Shown in pieces: positions 62,001-64,000 of a stretch of DNA of 64,000 nt. The position numbers and the translations under genes were made by a program. The DNA comes from Lama guanicoe (Eukaryota), in NCBI GenBank assembly GCA_013239625.1, contig MU053645.1:1294274-1358273 (forward strand). The letters are read 5' to 3'. How positions within the stretch are numbered: the first letter of the stretch is position 1; the number at the start of each line of letters is the position of its first letter. The notes under the pieces are model-generated. The model was not told the origin of the DNA. It saw nothing but the letters and a program-made list of their open reading frames with translations, and made no database searches.

Positions 62001-62877
62001 TACAATGCAGAATATAAGTATATAAATCATATCATTAAAGTTAGAACTCTACTTAAATGCCAAGAAATACAAACCAAAGTAGAATAATATTAAGGGATAT
62101 GGGGGGCTATGGGTCTGGAGTGGGTTGTGGGTGTGTTTGGAAAGGCAAATCAGGCAGAGAAGTCTTAGAATAAGTAAGTCTTGTGCCAGACCTTGAATAA
62201 AAAGATACACAGTTGAGTGTCAGACTTGCTATTCCTAACCTCAGCCATTTTAATACAGAAAAGACCTTAATAGGATTTAAAACAATTATCCCATGATAAG
62301 GTTGTCTGGTTCTTGGCCTCACATATAAATTTGAAGCAATGCTGGCACATGCATTCTACAGGGAGACATAATTAAAAGGAAGTAAAGGCTGATTTACAAG
62401 ACTTTATGAAATGGACCATAAACTTCAGAAATTGGCCATAGCAGTTGGAGATGTAGTTAATCTTGTAGGATTGAAGAGTGAGTTAGCGATTCAGAAGAAA
62501 GTACTGATAGAGAAATCAATGCATCTTGGATAAGACCCTGGGATAAGAAAGGTGGGAAAGTGTGGGGGAAGTGGGGACAGGGGCATAAAGCAAATTTCTT
62601 GCAATATAGCAAATGCATTGGGCATTAATCACTTCCAAATGTTACTTGAAATATCAAAACAAAATCATCAAGTTTTTTTTCTCTTCAAAGAAGATGAATC
62701 ACTTAAAGTTGATGAAGCTTATCTAGTTTTATCATCATTTTGATGCCCTTTATCCCAGTTTTATGGCATTATTCTTGTTTTCTATCCTTTATTTGCAAAT
62801 TTCTATACCGCACATGAGAAATTATTTTTTTAAAGGACGCAAAATGGGAATGACTGTTATCTTTAAAATACAGTTCC

Positions 62878-64000
62878 ACACTAATGATGAATCAACAGAA
62901 AAAGAAAGTAAAGAAACAATCCCCTTTAAAATAGCACCCAAAGTAATGAAATACCTAGGAATAAATCTAACCAAGGAGGTGAAAGAATTATACACTGAAA
63001 ACTATAAACCACTGATGAAGGAAATTAAAGAAGACTTTAAAAAATGGAAAGATATCCCATGCTCTTGGATTGGAAGAATCAATATTGTTAAAATAGTCAC
63101 ACTGCCCAAGGCAATCTACAGATTTAATGCAATCCCTATCAAATTACCCAGGACGTATTTCACAGAACTAGAACAAATCATAATAAAATTTATATGGAAC
63201 CATCAAAGACCTAGAATTGCCAAAGCATTACTGAAGAGAAAGAAAGAGGCTGGAGGAATAACTCTCCCAGACTTCAGACAATACTATAGAGCTACAGTCA
63301 TCAAGACAGCATGGTATTGGTACCAAAACAGACATATAGACCAATGGAACAGAATAGAGAGCCCAGAAATGAACCCACAAACTTTTGGTCAACTCATCTT
63401 CGACAAAGGAGGCAAGAATATACAATGGAATAAAGACAGTCTCTTCAGCAAATGGTGTTGGGAAAACTGGACAGCAGCATGTAAAACAATGAAGCTAGAA
63501 CACACCCTTACACCATACACAAAAATCAACTCAAAATGGATCAAAGACTTAAACATAAGACAAAATACAATAAACCTCCTAGAAGAAAACATAGGCAAAA
63601 CATTATCTCACATACATCTCAAAAATGTTCTTCTAGGGCAGTCCACCCAAGCAATAGAAATAAAAGCAAGAATAAACAAATGGGACCTAATGAAACTTAC
63701 AAGCTTCTGCACAGCAAAGGAAACCATAAGTAAAACAAAAAGACAACCTACGGAATGAGAGAAAATTTTTGCAAATGAAACCGACAAAGGCTTGATGTCC
63801 AGAATATATAAGCAGCTCATACCACTTAATAAGAAAAAACCAAACAACCTAATCCAAAAATGGGCAAAAAACCTAAACAAGCAATTCTTCAAGGGAGACA
63901 TACAAATGATCAATAGGCACATGAAAAAATGCTCAATATCACTAATTATCAGAGAAATGCAAATCAAAACTACAATGAGGTATCACCTCACACCAGTCAG
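62878..64000 (+). mobile_element. Young camelid-type L1, 5'-truncated ORF2, running off the window end
   Basis: About 290 uninterrupted ORF2 codons ([15 protein letters not shown]...[12 protein letters not shown]...[11 protein letters not shown]), ending in TGG>TGA at 63756-63758. Confidence 0.96.

Noticed and set aside
62763..63758. 331-aa ORF with a hydrophobic N-terminus as a novel fusion gene
   Set aside because: The first ~38 codons are AT-rich flank that happens to be in frame with a 5'-truncated L1 ORF2; no promoter or splice evidence.

Overview
Mammalian genomic DNA, very likely camelid (camel/alpaca/llama), based on a Vic-1-type tRNA-derived SINE with TSD and artiodactyl-type L1 3' ends. 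The window is AT-rich, CpG-poor and mostly transposon-derived. No complete host protein-coding gene can be supported; there is one probable + strand terminal exon (~6160-6395) of an unidentified gene. Main elements: (i) the 3' end of an apparently young ERV-S/HERVL18-like class III provirus, with an open env TM C-terminus and a CpG-rich 291-bp 3' LTR (1-594); (ii) an ancient LTR33-type ERV-L provirus (11.3-20.2 kb) carrying nested L2, L1 and a 30-nt tailless U6 retrocopy; (iii) an 11.3-kb ERV1 provirus (42.1-53.3 kb) inserted in a MIR, with a nested solo LTR and L1s; (iv) a MER41-like LTR with a GAS site, a strong CTCF motif, and promoter-like motifs near 39.2-39.7 kb; (v) young L1 ORF2 fragments. 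Repeat family names come from recalled consensus features, not a database search, and old-repeat boundaries are approximate. I see no convincing wholly new biological system. The env-bearing class III ERV at the window start is the best lead.
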